A DNA stretch of 64,000 nt from Eledone cirrhosa (GCA_964016885.1 OZ024742.1:298964001-299028000); one strand, 5' to 3'; shown: positions 29,072 to 43,096, counted from the stretch's first letter. Translations and numbers: made by a program. The notes: a model not told the origin generated them from the sequence alone.

Positions 29072-29895
29072 GTCGCTAGCACTGTGACAATGGGTCTTCC
29101 GTCTTTGTTTCCGCATTTGGTTAATACCACACCTGGGCGAGAAAAACCTCAACGCTATCCGCAGGGCTATACGGAGAGAGGGCCATTGTCAGAGGCTAGA
29201 CGGAAGGCCCATTGTCGCAGTGCTAGCGACAGAACACAACATCAGCACGTTACGAATAAAGGAAGCACTTTGGATCAAACGCCTAAGGCCACAAATAAAT
29301 AAGCGATGCGAGAGAAGCGAGATGAGGTGGCTGGTATAAACAAACGAGACAACAACACACGCACACACACACACAGTGGCATTTGAACGATTGTTATTGT
29401 GTTAGCGCCGCCTCTATCCACCGACCAACAAGCGACCAGGCGGACTACTACCATACTACTATACTACACTGCTAGTACAAAACACCAGTACATATAGGTA
29501 ATACAATAGATTGACAGCTAACGCCATCCCACAATAAAAAGAATTGCTTCGACCTTTGCTTGACCGCACCTATTCCGCGCGCACGTGCGCTCTACAGAAT
29601 ACCTCAGTTAATCACAAACAGCGGACAGCAGAGGACACGTACCGTTCCTCTCCGACAGATAAATTTTCCCCCCGGAAAACCCCCAGTTGATGGATGCGAA
29701 TCCGAAAAATAGGGACAATTAAATCTCTCCCAAGGTAACTCTATCTCGTGTCATTATTTTTACTTTTTATGCTCTTTGCTACGTTCCTCTACACACTATA
29801 CATCTCATTATACATTCCCTTACATCTCTCACTTCACCACCGGATTCTGTTAACCGGTGATTTACCTATCTGCATTGTTGAGGCTTCCAAAACGA

Positions 29896-29900
<5 letters not shown>
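29072..29900 (+). mobile_element. 5'-truncated Penelope-like element (GIY-YIG C-terminus plus 3' UTR) with 5' inversion, ending in (TA)n
   Basis: The frame at ~29142-29340 reads NLNAIRR...VLATEHNISTLRIKEALWIKRLRPQINKRCE, matching the PLE endonuclease-end pattern IKEAL.I....P.IN. 29072-29104 is an inverted copy of 29198-29230. HHR-like motif at 29681-29714. Confidence 0.7.
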
Positions 29901-29958
<58 letters not shown>

Positions 29959-30076
29959 ACGAAACATTGTGAAATATTAGGTTATGATTTCTCTTTAGAA
30001 ACCCGGTTTAATGCAATGTTCCAACTGTATTCTTTTTACTTTGTATTGTACTGGCTTCCCCAAAACGACCATGACA

Positions 30077-30209
<133 letters not shown>

Positions 30210-31704
30210 TACATACATATGCGGGAGAAGGAAATATATGTTTTACAACTATATTTCTCAGACAAAATATATTATGATAACTATCATAAATTAAGAAAAC
30301 AACATACGAAATGAAAATCAAACATAGATGGCTATATTACAAATAAGAGAATGTAACTACAAAAGGAAAGAGAAATGAAACGTTTTTGATATCTATGAGA
30401 TTTCAAAAAGAAAAGTACAGATAATTTAGAGCCATGGATATGGTTGTTATAGCAATAGTTGAAGAAAGCAGCCAAGCAAGATAATGAACTGAAAATAATG
30501 ACTAAATATTTGGTTCATGATCACGTTAGAGTTTGATGAACAGTAGTATATATCTTAACGATGGCAGCACTAGTGTAAGCAATATCATCCGTGTTTGATT
30601 GTCATGTCAAATTAGCTTCAAACCAATATATGATTGAATGAAATATATGTATTACGAATATGTTAAGTTATAGATAGATGCGTTCATTATTTCATACGTA
30701 CACATAAACGTATAATTAATTGTGAGTTTAAACTTTCAGCCAACAGCAAATATATAAATTATGTTCTTGTTAAATGCCGATCAGCTACACTATCTGATTT
30801 TTTCAATACAAACAGCTAGCCAACTAGAAAGCCTATATTTTGTAATTCGACCTACTAGAAAAAGAAATCCCCTGAAATCACATAATACTATCTTTTTTTT
30901 AAATGCGATTATACATTGTTAAATTTAGTCCATGATATACTAAATAATGTGATGCTCTCTATGGAGGTCCGGTTTCCCATCATGCCTGCTGTATCAGAGT
31001 TAAACTGGGAACAAACAATGGCAAAATACAACTAGTAATGTTGCTAGTAATGCTGGCTTTTAAATGAGTTTCTATTAAGCTGTAATAATCTAACTCTTCA
31101 ATATAATTTAAGAATAATTTAACTCTTCGATACGCTTTGCGGTTAACAATGCACAGGTTATCTAAGGAACATGGCTTTATGTTCCAATACATCGAGTTGT
31201 TCTCCTTTTATAATTAATATATTGTTGACAGATTTAAAGAATCCTTAACAATATAAATAGTCATTGTCATTTAAATTCCTTCTTTCCTTATTTATAGGTG
31301 GCAAATGTATAATGATGTAGCGATAGATAAGGTTTACTCCTAAATTTCTAAAAGATTTAATTAAATACCGAAGAAAAGCGTCCATAAGATTTTTCATGGC
31401 CTCCGAAACTGCTGGGAGGAAAATAGACATTTATAGCCGACATAGGGAGGACTCCGTTAATGTTGTAGTGTTAAATTAGGAGAACAGATATATTAACAAC
31501 GAGCAGATATATTTCCTCAGAAGATCTTCCACACAGTTTCCGTCATCCAGCATGCTGGCTGCAATAGTAGAAAACAATGGTCCAAAGTACTGTGGAAAGG
31601 TATTGAACCCAAAACTACGTAGTTGTGAGGCGAATATTTTCAACAATTCAGCTATGCTTACATCCATTTCTCTTCTGTTCTGAATACGAAATATATGCCA
31701 TATG

Positions 31705-31762
<58 letters not shown>

Positions 31763-31829
31763 TTTCATTTATTAGCCACAAGGGCCGACATAATAATAAT
31801 AATAATAAATAGGCCTGACCTGGTGATTT

Positions 31830-33012
31830 TGGACAGAAGGAGGACGTGGGTTAATCCAGTTAGACATTGCGTTGAAAACTGCAACAATTGGATTATCTAC
31901 ATATCTAAGGGAATCACATGATTGGATGATCAAACTCGTTTTGAAACACGAAAGCATCAAAAGATCATACTCCATTACAAAAGATGCACAAAGATACAGT
32001 AATGGACTACACATTTCAGAAGTCCCATTTACTGCTGAAATGAAAAACACAGAAAAAGCAAAGCAGGTAAAAGTAACTGCAAAGAAGGAACTGCTACAGA
32101 AACTGGCTAAGAAATGGCAAGAAAAGCCTCTGTATGGAAAATACCCAGAACGAGCTAACAATCCTGATATTGACAAAACTTTAACCCATCAGCGGTTGGC
32201 ATCCTCTGGACTGAAATCGGAGACTGAAGGACTGATTATATCAGCACAAGATCAGTGTCTGCCAACAAAAAATTACCAAGCCAACATAATAAAAAATGGA
32301 TGCAGCCCATTATGCCGTGTATGTAAAAAACAACCAGAGACCATTGACCATATAATTTCAATGTGCAGTCCTATAGCTCCAACCGAATACCTAAACAGGC
32401 ATGACAGAGCTGCACAATGCATACATTGGATAATGTGTAAGCATTTTAACCTGCCCCATCAAAAGAATTGGTGGGAGCATCACCCACCTCCCATACTTGC
32501 AAAAGATCACATCTCAATCTTGTGGAACTTTAGCATCCAAACAGACCGAAAAATAGATGCAAATAGACCTGATATAATATTGAAGGACTTTAAAAAGAGG
32601 GTATGCCTGCTAATTGATATGTCCGTTCCAATAGACAAGAATGTATCTATAAAAACATTTGAAAAATTGAGCAAGTATAAGGACCTGGAGATAGAAATTG
32701 GAAAAATGTGGAAATTGAGAACTAAAACAATACCAGTGGTTGTAGGCGCTCTAGGAATGATACCTAAGGGGTCTAATGATTACTTATCGCAAATCCCAGG
32801 AAACCCGCGTATAGGAGAAATACAAAAGATACTACTAATGGGAACTGCCCATACACTAAGGAAGATTCTGTCAATATAAGTACATCACAAGTCTAAACAC
32901 CTAAAGATGCATGTGTGAGTATGTATGTTCTTTCTTGAACATGGCGGACCTTGTTGTCTCTTGAGGTCACTGGTTGTGACTTGGTGATGACTCGTATGAA
33001 CATAAATGCAGC

Positions 33013-33013
<1 letters not shown>
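31830..33013 (+). mobile_element. 5'-truncated Dong/R4-clade LINE in (TAA)n; uninterrupted 335-aa C-terminal ORF (31872-32879)
   Basis: EGGRGL, ETEGLIISAQDQ, CRVC..ETIDHIISMC, RHD, NRPDII, LIDMSVP, KLSKYKDL, PVVVGALG; (TAA)n on both sides. Confidence 0.92.
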
Positions 33014-33081
<68 letters not shown>

Positions 33082-33089
33082 AAGAAGAA

Positions 33090-34401
33090 AAAGAAGGATA
33101 CAAGTATTTGGGTGTTCTGGAGGCTGATGACATCAAGAACAAAAAAATGAAGGAATTGATAAGATCTGAATACATTCAGAGAGTAAGGAGCGTATTAAAG
33201 TCACATCTGAACAGTAGGAATGCCATAAGTGCAGTAAATTCCCGAGCTGTGTCTATTTTTAGGTACAGTGCGGGAATTCTGAGATGGAATGTTGCTGAAC
33301 AAAAAGAAATGGATAGGAAGACTAGGAAGCTATTGACTATCTACAATATGTTCACAAGAGGAGTGATGTCGATAGACTCTACTTAGGGAGATCTGAAGGT
33401 GGAAGAGGTCTTATCAGCATAGAGGACTGTGTTCAGATGGAGAAAAACAACCTACACAAATACGTGACTGATAGTAAGGAGCCAATGCTCAGAATTGTAC
33501 TGAAGGAGAGGACAATAGACCAGGGGATGTCCAAGGAGGAAATAACAAGGAGAAAGAGCAGCCTTCATGAAAAATCCCTTCATAGTACCTTCTTTGAGAA
33601 AACTGAATTCAGAGATCCACAGACATGGAACTGGTTGAAAAGAGGAGACCTTAAAAAGGCTACAGAAGGAATGCTAATGGCTGTGCAAGAGCAGGCCCTC
33701 AAAACGAAGTGGTTGAAACACCATATTTACAAGGAGGAGACTAGCCCACTGTGTAGGATCTGTGGAGAGAGAGAGGAGACTGTGGCTCACATTGTATCCG
33801 AGTGTAAACACCTAGCCCAGACTCACTATAAAGGCTGGAGACAGGATGTGATGGGCAGAGTGATCCACTGGCACCTATGCAAAGTAAACAATTTACCACA
33901 TTCTGAGAAGTGGTATGAGCATAAGCCAGAGTCGGTGATAGAAAACGATCAGGTGAAGGTGCTGTAGGATTTTAGGATACAGACGGAGAAGAAACTGGAA
34001 CACAATAGACCTGATCTGGTGGTTTTGGACAAGGAAAAAAAGATCGTTCCTGATGTGGATGTGGCCTGCCCATTCGACACGAGAGTGCAAGAGAAGGAGA
34101 GGGAGAAAATTAACCGATACCAGGACTTAAAGTGGGAGGTAAAAAGGACTTGGAACTGCCATGAAGTCAAAGTGGTCCCGATTGTCATAGGCGCACTAGG
34201 TACTATCTCAAAGAGTTTCCAGGGATGGTTAAAGAAAATTGGCCCCGCCCCGCTTTTTGGAACGCTTCAAAAGGCATGCTTGCTGGGAACAGCAAGAACC
34301 CTCCGATACGTCCTGAATATCTGAGGCTGCAGGTAGCGGCTTGATATTCATTTCAACAAACTTTCCAGTTAAATAACATTAATGAATGAGACTTAAAGAA
34401 C
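33090..34401 (+). mobile_element. Second Dong/R4-clade family, 5'-truncated, (TAA)n tail
   Basis: YKYLGVLE, TEGMLMAVQEQAL, CRIC..ETVAHIVSEC, NRPDLVV, DVACPFD, PIVIGALG; one frameshift and one stop. Confidence 0.92.
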
Positions 34402-34437
<36 letters not shown>

Positions 34438-34439
<2 letters not shown>

Positions 34440-34692
34440 GGGGTCTAACGACTACTTATCGCAAATCCCAGGAAACCCGCGTATAGGAGAAATACAAAAG
34501 ATAGTACTAATGGGAACTGCCCATATACTAAGGAGGATCCTGTCAATATAAGTACATCACAAGTCTAAACACTAAGGATGCATGTGTGAATATGTGTGTT
34601 CTTTCTTGAACATGGCGGACCTTGTTGTCTCTTGAGGTCACTGGTTGTGACTTGGTGATAACTCGTATAAACATAAAGCAAGATAAATGCAA
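34438..34692 (+). mobile_element. Short 3' copy of the 31830 Dong-like family
   Basis: Near-identical to ~32767-33010; (TAA)n on both sides. Confidence 0.9.
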
Positions 34693-35480
34693 ATAATAAT
34701 AATAATAATAATATAGTCAATAGCCGTGATGACATTATTCAGTTACGGGTTGATATCTATCGGGGTTTGTAATCTTTTGGAAAATAAATCACTGGGTTAC
34801 AAGTAAAGTAAATATACATTACTAAGCTCACAATGATACTAAGCCGCTCAACGACAGCACTAACGAGCTATTTTTCTTTAATCAGGAGTCGTTAACTTGT
34901 TAACTAAAACATAAATAAAATACAAATCATTTCGTATCTGCATGTGAGACCAATGGCTAATAAGCACTTAAGCCACATTAAGCAGCTATTATTTTCAACG
35001 ACACATGTTAACCCTATACAATTTAAATCGTGATCGGTGCAGAAAGTAAACGGTATTCATATGGGCCGCTCCACTCCAGTTTTAAGTGAAACAACCAATA
35101 CAAATTTTGTGATTATCGCGTTATGTTGGACCTCCGTCGATTTCGACGAAGAGTGTTCCAGATGTTCTAACAACGGAACAGCCTGCTTGTGAAATCAACG
35201 GGCATATACCAGAGCCTTCAATTCACATGTGCACTCGTAACATAGAGACTGTAGAGACTGATCAATGCCGGCCTTGGTGGAACTCTATTATTTTACAACT
35301 CTGTTAACTGAAGCAACGTGAAATAAACTGTTTTTCTCAAGACAAAACGCACCACCCGGAATCGAACACAAGATGTTATGATCTAACTTTGAACACCATA
35401 CCCTCCGAGTTTTCTCTTTATCATTATCAATGTATCAGAAATATGCCGGACTAAACAAATATCAATATACAATACATCAG

Positions 35481-35703
35481 GGTGGTGGATTGGCAGAATC
35501 GGTGGAACGTCGGACATAGAGTTATGGCATAGAATTACGTCTCTTTATGGTCTGAGTTCAAATCCCGCCGAGCTTAGCCTTGACTTTCATCCTTACGGCG
35601 TCGAAAAATTAAAGTGCCGGTAACGTACTAAGGTCGATATAATCAACTTTCCCCTTTCCGACTTCCCGAAAATTGTTGGTCTTGTGCCTAAATCAGAAAC
35701 CAA
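35481..35703 (+). mobile_element. tRNA-derived SINE (family A-related)
   Basis: TGGCAGAATCGG ... GAGTTCAAATCCCGCCGAG ... TTGTGCCTAAATCAGAAAC. Confidence 0.8.
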
Positions 35704-36059
35704 TATACGATACATCAATTTCTAATTCATTTATACATCAAACTTACCGAGACGACCTCTACCACTTGACTACCGAATTTCCTAGTTATTAAATGTGCCT
35801 CAATAACTAATGTTCCACTACAGGCAACAGTATTCATTCCGGCTTATACGTTCTGAGATCAAACATCTGTGAGGCCATCTTGGTTTTAAATCCTTTCTGG
35901 GTTCATACGTAAAGTAGCAGCCCATTACTAGGGTCGATTTATCTTCTCACACTTATACAAAAAAGGAGAAGGAAGAACTAGAAATCGATAGGCTTCAATG
36001 CTCAAGATATACAGTAAATGACGACGATGCCCCCATCAAATTTACCAGCTGTTCAAGGT

Positions 36060-36107
<48 letters not shown>

Positions 36108-38293
36108 TGCTTTTCAAGAAAAAGTTAAGGTAACTTGGTGGTCCGGGCATTGAGTTCAAGACTGTAAGACGGTAAGTTTGATTCCCCGACTGAGTGGCGT
36201 GATGTATCCTTAAGCAAGATATTGGATTTCACGTTACTTCAGTCCACTCGGCTGGAAAAATGAAGTGAGGTGACACTGATTTTAATCTGTCTCATCCCTT
36301 GTCTTTCCTTTGGCCTGTGCTCGATATTTCGTGGACAACCAACATGGAGAGAGGAGTCTTGCATACATGAAGGACTGCTGGTTGTCCATTAAATATCGAG
36401 TGCAGGCTTGTGCCTTCAAGAACTTTCCAGATCCAAACAAATGGACAATCATGGTCGAAGGGGACAATAGGAGATTGGCAAAATATTATATCATATGCTC
36501 TACCTTCTTTTTAAATACTGAGAACATTGACGTTTAAACTAATATTTGACTCCTGGAAACAACGATGGAACTGTTCGGCTGTAAGTGACAACCTTTGGTG
36601 TGCGATAGGAAATCACATTTCCTTTTCCAACTGAGTTGAAATTAAATGAGCCATTAATTAACGGAATGCAATTCCTTCAGTTAAATTAAGCATTGATTTT
36701 TTAACGGACATCATCTTTAATGGCTGAATATAATATCCATGGAATAATTTCCATGTAGATGAGATATCAGCGGTGTTCGGTGGACAGAAGATGACAGAAA
36801 CAATAAACTAAAGCAACCAAGATAACAGGCAAAAATGATGTTACTGAAAGTTAATTTATAATTCCCGTTGCTGTGGTACAAAGAAACACGAGATCACTGT
36901 TGAAATTTGAGAAAATATAATTTGTAATGTATAATTTAGTACAGAAGAAGGAAAATAATACATTTAGTAATATGTTAAGAATACAAATAATAATGAATGC
37001 ACTAGGTCTCATTTTTTTTCTTCTTTTTTTTTTCATACGTCTGTCACACAAACACTACGATTTCACAAACATTTTCTATATTTCTCATTTAGTGGACACA
37101 CAAATATAAGACCAAAAGGGTAGGGAAGCTAATATTCTAATTGCGGTTTTTATTTTTAATTAATTAATTTTTTTTTTTTTTTAGTCGACGTTATCAGTTC
37201 TACCAATTTCTAAAATCCCAAACGGAGATTATCATTAAAAAAGGTGCTCCAAAATGGGGAGATTTTACAATGAAGGCTATACCCATTTTTTCAAGAAAAG
37301 ATATCTCCCACCTACCCCAAAGGGGAGAGTTGACATGTCTACGATATCATCTGTCTGTTTTCTTGCACTCCGGAACTGCTCATAGATTTAACGTGCAAGT
37401 GGTTGAGGATTTCACAGACACGTACCCATAACGTAATTCTCAGAGAGATTTGGCCTGACACAGAATATGGCAAGCCTGGCCCTACATATTACAGGGACAA
37501 CTCATTTTTGCCAGCCACGTAAAATAAAATGTCTTGCTCAAGATGTACCCTGAATTTCTGCTACAGTTATCCGACAGGCTTCAAAATAAATTATTTCCTT
37601 TATTCCCAAGGTTTGGATTGATCTTAGGCAATGGTAAATAAAATTTTCGCAATATCTTACACAATTTGGGGGGCACTGAAAAGAAAACGTTGGTGGCGGA
37701 GGGTTATCAAAAAAGGAAGGAGTGTTCAGGAAAGTAGGGGACAAAAAATACAAATGATTAGTCGTCCGTAAAACTGAGACCTATAATTACATATTAAATG
37801 CTGAAATAAAATAAAACAATTAATAAAATATGATTTTCAGTGTATGAATTTCTTAACACTTCTAGATTTTAACACGTATTTGTTTTAGCACACACATTTA
37901 TAGCATCTCCCACTATACCTAGCGATATGGAGACGCACTAACACCACCAGAGGAACCGATATCAGTTTAACCTCATAAATTCTACCTTGAAAACCTGAAT
38001 ACCACCATGGAAATTACAGGGAGATTGTAACTGACCAGCTAATTGATCTGCTCACACCACTACCATTACCACTACAGTGAAGTAGGTCAACTGGACCAGA
38101 ATAAATATACAGTCAAAAGCAACAGGCTGGCTTGTTTCTAGGAGAACAGACCGAAGAATTTCAATAAACTTTCAGCTGGGGAGTTGATATTTTATCGGGC
38201 CAATGAGGTGAGGGCATGTCCTGCGGACGCTGGAATTCGTTTATCATATGCTTTCAGTTTCTTAGAGAACTAACTCCACACTCTGGAACTGAG

Positions 38294-38380
38294 CATATCA
38301 ACGGATTAATAAGGTAAAATTCATTACAACATTGTTTTCCTGTTTTTAAAGTCATAGCGGTTGAATAATGGGTATCATTG

Positions 38381-38383
<3 letters not shown>
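38294..38383 (+). mobile_element. 3' end of a (TA)n-associated element, inverted partner of 40138-40252
   Basis: CATATCAACGGATTAATAAGG...GTCATAGCGGTTGAATAATGGGTATCATTGAAA followed by (TA)n; its reverse complement, with one ~23-nt indel, is at 40138-40252. Confidence 0.8.
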
Positions 38384-39175
<792 letters not shown>

Positions 39176-40098
39176 TTTGGATAGGTAAGTATATATAACC
39201 CGTATGTTTTGTGAAGGTACGTATACCTTCTCGTACGCATATTTGATTGGTATGGCGTATAATTTTTTATATATTCTGGTACATATGGTTTGGCTATGTG
39301 TATACGGGAGTTTTGCGTCTGTGTGAGTATGCAGGTTCGTACGTATGGCGGGTGTGTGTATATGTGTACTTCATGTTTTTGTTGACTTACGTCTCCGAAC
39401 ATTCGTGTGTTTATATGAGGGTATGTGTGTGCGCTTGTTATATACGTATTTATTTATCTATATATGTTTATATAATTATTTATTTATTTGTATACACACA
39501 TACACACACACACATATTTATATGTGCGGGGTTTTGTATACCTATGGTAAGTTTTTGCGTATGCTCGTGTATGTACGTATTTGTTTGCGTGTATGTATTT
39601 CTTTCTATTACTTCTGTATTGTATTTATTTACTTTGTTCTTAACTCTGTAGCGGTGATTCATTTGGTCTCCTTGTTAGAATTTTAGTCTACGACTTCTGC
39701 TATACCATTTACGTGGTTTTGTCTTTGCGTGCTATTGTTCTCCACGCTCCACATATGACGTATTATCTTCGTTTTTTCGTTCATTGCCAGAGAACGTCTC
39801 TATGCACCACCTAAGAGAACATTAGTCTACGACCTCTTTTATACCATAAACGTGGTTCTGTCTTTGCGCGTAATTGTTTTTCACCGCTCCTATTAATAAC
39901 GTATTATATTCGTTTTTTCCCGTTCTTTGCCAGCGAACATTTCCACGAACCAAAGTATCGTCTTCCTGTCTTCCTCCGGTTGCAACGTTTTTTTGAAATA
40001 TCCAGTTCTGCGTTTACAGATTGACTTTGTTAGTTTCAGAAGATCCCGTTAAGGGCGAAAGCAGCGATTCTTTGCTTAAACTTTAATCTGTTATTTTA

Positions 40099-40103
<5 letters not shown>
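39176..40103 (+). mobile_element. Non-coding HHR-bearing element inserted in (TA)n
   Basis: GT-rich body, internal direct repeat of ~140-bp period (39682 and 39822), last ~115 bp homologous to 28768-28884, TA runs on both sides. Confidence 0.65.
40016..40091 (+). ncRNA. Type I hammerhead-like motif with CAGAAGA core (second copy)
   Basis: ACAGAUUGA..AGUUU CAGAAGA U CCC-GUUAA-GGG C GAA AGCA..UGCU U AAACU UUAAUCUGU. Confidence 0.7.
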
Positions 40104-40137
<34 letters not shown>

Positions 40138-40140
<3 letters not shown>

Positions 40141-41499
40141 CAATGATAGACATTATTCAACCGCTATGACTTTATCAGGCAGTAAGGACTTGAACAGAAA
40201 AAACAGGAAAACATTGTTGTAATGAATTTTACCTTATTAATCCGTTGATATGTGTGTGTCATCAAATGTTGTACACACATAGATATTTTTTCAATTTCCA
40301 ATTGAGTTCTTAGCACGAGGTCTGAATTCCTTTTAGAGTTCATTGACATGCGCATGTATTGTTTTTTTGACGTTAATTTACTTCCTCATTTTTGAATCAG
40401 TTTGAGCATTTCTTTAGAACTGCTGGACTGGCAACCTGACAGATACCTCAGGTACAGATGATGATTATTGCTAAATACTGATGTTGGTTAGATTATCAAT
40501 ATTAGTATTATTGGGGCACCTACTGATGAATTATAGGAGCCCACTTGAATATCTATTGAAGGTATACAAGCTCCTACATAAATTGGTATAATTTAACCCA
40601 AATTGTAGGAATCCTATGATGAAACGAGACGTCCGTCTGGGAAGAGATATATTCGATATGTCTCATATGAAATAATACAGCCAATTTTCCACGCAATACT
40701 TTTAGTTAGCACCCCGAACGCATAATTGGGAATATAATCACTTATTTCTTAATGTTTGTTGAGTGAGTTGGAATTTGGCCGGAGTATCGCTAAAAAGCTT
40801 TCTCCGATATTGTATTTATTTATTTACTCTTGGCGCAGCAGATTTGAAATTTTCCCGGTATAAGGTTAGGATTTCTTTGTTTATTTTTTATATATGAATA
40901 TTGATTGTTCCTTATATCTCATTCTGTTATTTTGCCCGAGAAAATATCTGTGTGTGTCATCAAATGTTGTACACACATAGATATTTTTTCAATTTCCAAT
41001 TGAGTTCTTAGCACGTGGCGTGAATTCCTTTTAGAGTTCATTGTCATGCGCATGTATTGTTTTTTTGGCGGTAATTTACTTCCTCATTTTTGAATCAGTT
41101 TGAGCATTTCTTTAGAACTGCTGGACTGGCAACCTGACAGATACCACAGGTACAGATGATGATTATCGCTAAATACTTATGTTGGTTAGATTATCAATAT
41201 TAGTATTATTGGGGCCCACTTGAATATATATCTATTGAAGGTATACAAGCTCCTACATAAATTGGTATAATTTAACCCAAATTGTAGGAATCCTATGATG
41301 AAACGAGACGTCCGTCTGGGAAGAGATATATTCGATATGTCTCATATGAAATAATACAGCCAATTTTCCATACAATACTTTTAGTTAGCACCCCGAACGC
41401 ATAATTGAGGATATAATCACTTATTTCCTAATGTTTGTTGAGTGAGTTGGAATTTGGCTGGAGTATCGCTAAAAAGCTTTCTCCGATATTGTATTTATT
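40138..41499 (-). mobile_element. Non-coding (TA)n-flanked element with ~560-bp partial tandem duplication
   Basis: 40251-40820 is directly repeated at 40949-41499; (TA)n lies on both sides; its terminal 30 bp recur at 38354, 44749 and 45042. Orientation is inferred from the recurring terminus. Confidence 0.75.
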
Positions 41500-41728
41500 A
41501 TATATATATATATATATATTGTTATACTTGCGGAGGGTCATATTTGCGTAATATTGCCAGAATTAATAACAGAACACACTCACTGTTTGGTTGGTTTTCG
41601 CTTCTCGCTGTCTTTTATATCTGCGATCTAACTTACTCGGTCCTCAATGTTGCCATTGACTAACCGACGGTCAAAAATAATACAGATACAATATAGACAC
41701 AAACACATATATATAGTTTACATAATTT

Positions 41729-41771
41729 ACATAAATCTTTCGTTGCACATCTGCAACATCGTCAGTGGTGT
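41729..41771 (-). ncRNA. Minimal hammerhead motif in PLE 3' UTR (left arm)
   Basis: Reverse complement of 43097-43139. Confidence 0.65.
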
Positions 41772-42046
41772 TATATTCTTTGTTCCTCCTGTTGTGTTGT
41801 ATGTCTACGCCATTTTTTATTCAGTCTGTCTATATATTTATTTATTTATTTGCTTGTTTGTTTATTTTATTTTATTTTGTCTTCTTTGCGCATGCCTTTG
41901 CGTGTGTGTATAGTGTTATGTGTGCTGTGTGACTAGTGTGTATAGTGTTGTGTCTGCTGGGTGACTAGTGTGTGTTTATGTGCTTGTTGTTATTGTGCTT
42001 GTGTATGTATTTATTTATCTTATTTTATTTTATTTTATTTACTTAT

Positions 42047-42421
42047 TTATACTTCTCTTAGGTCAGTGTTGTTTGTTTGGGTGTTGTTGTTGTTCCACTC
42101 ATTCTTTCTGTTTAGCTTTGGTCTTCTAATTTCTATTTCACTGGCCTCTCTGATTTGCCTATCTGCTGGGTCATTCCTATGTTTAGATATTATTCTAATT
42201 TCTATGTTGTCTATGTTACCGTCATGTTGTTGTCTAGCATGTTCGTATAGTACTGACCCGTTTTTTCGTCCTTTTAGTTCACCCCAGTGTTGGTCTATCC
42301 TTTCACCTATGCTACTAGCTGTCTCACCTATGTATGTTGTTGTCATGTTTCTGCAAGTACCCTCTGTACATCTTATGCTATAGACTACGTTTCTAGTTTT
42401 ACAGTTTATCCGGGGGTTCAC
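42047..42421 (-). pseudogene. 5'-truncated PLE GIY-YIG endonuclease domain (left arm)
   Basis: CKTRNVVYSIRC...C...YIGETASSIGERIDQH...LYEHARQQH...RQIREASEI...LNRKNEW. Confidence 0.88.
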
Positions 42422-42444
42422 CTTACATCTATATCATATGTAAG

Positions 42445-42819
42445 GTGAACCCCCGGATAAACTGTAAAACTAGAAACGTAGTCTATAGCATAAGATGTAC
42501 AGAGGGTACTTGCAGAAACATGACAACAACATACATAGGTGAGACAGCTCGTAGCATAGGTGAAAGGATAGACCAACACTGGGGGGAACTAAAAGGACGA
42601 AAAAACGGGTCAGTACTATACGAACATGCTAGACAACAACATGACGGTAACATAGACAACATAGAAATTAGAATAATATCTAAACATAGGAATGACCCAG
42701 CAGATAGGCAAATCAGAGAGGCCAGTGAAATAGAAATTAGAAGACCAAAGCTAAACAGAAAGAATGAGTGGAACAACAACAACACCCAAACAAACAACAC
42801 TGACCTAAGAGAAGTATAA
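42445..42819 (+). pseudogene. 5'-truncated PLE GIY-YIG endonuclease domain (right arm)
   Basis: Same 124-aa frame with one substitution (YIGETARS versus YIGETASS). Confidence 0.88.
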
Positions 42820-43096
42820 ATAAGTAAATAAAATAAAATAAAATAAGATAAATAAATACATACACAAGCACAATAACAACAAGCACATAAACACACACAC
42901 TAGTCACCCAGCAGACACAACACTATACACACTAGTCACACAGCACATATAACACTATACACACACGCAAACGCATGCGCAAAGAAGACAAAATAAAATA
43001 AAATAAACAAACAAGCAAATAAATAAATAAATATATAGACAAACTGAATAAAAAATGGCGTAGACATACAACACAGCAGGAGGAACAAAGAATATA

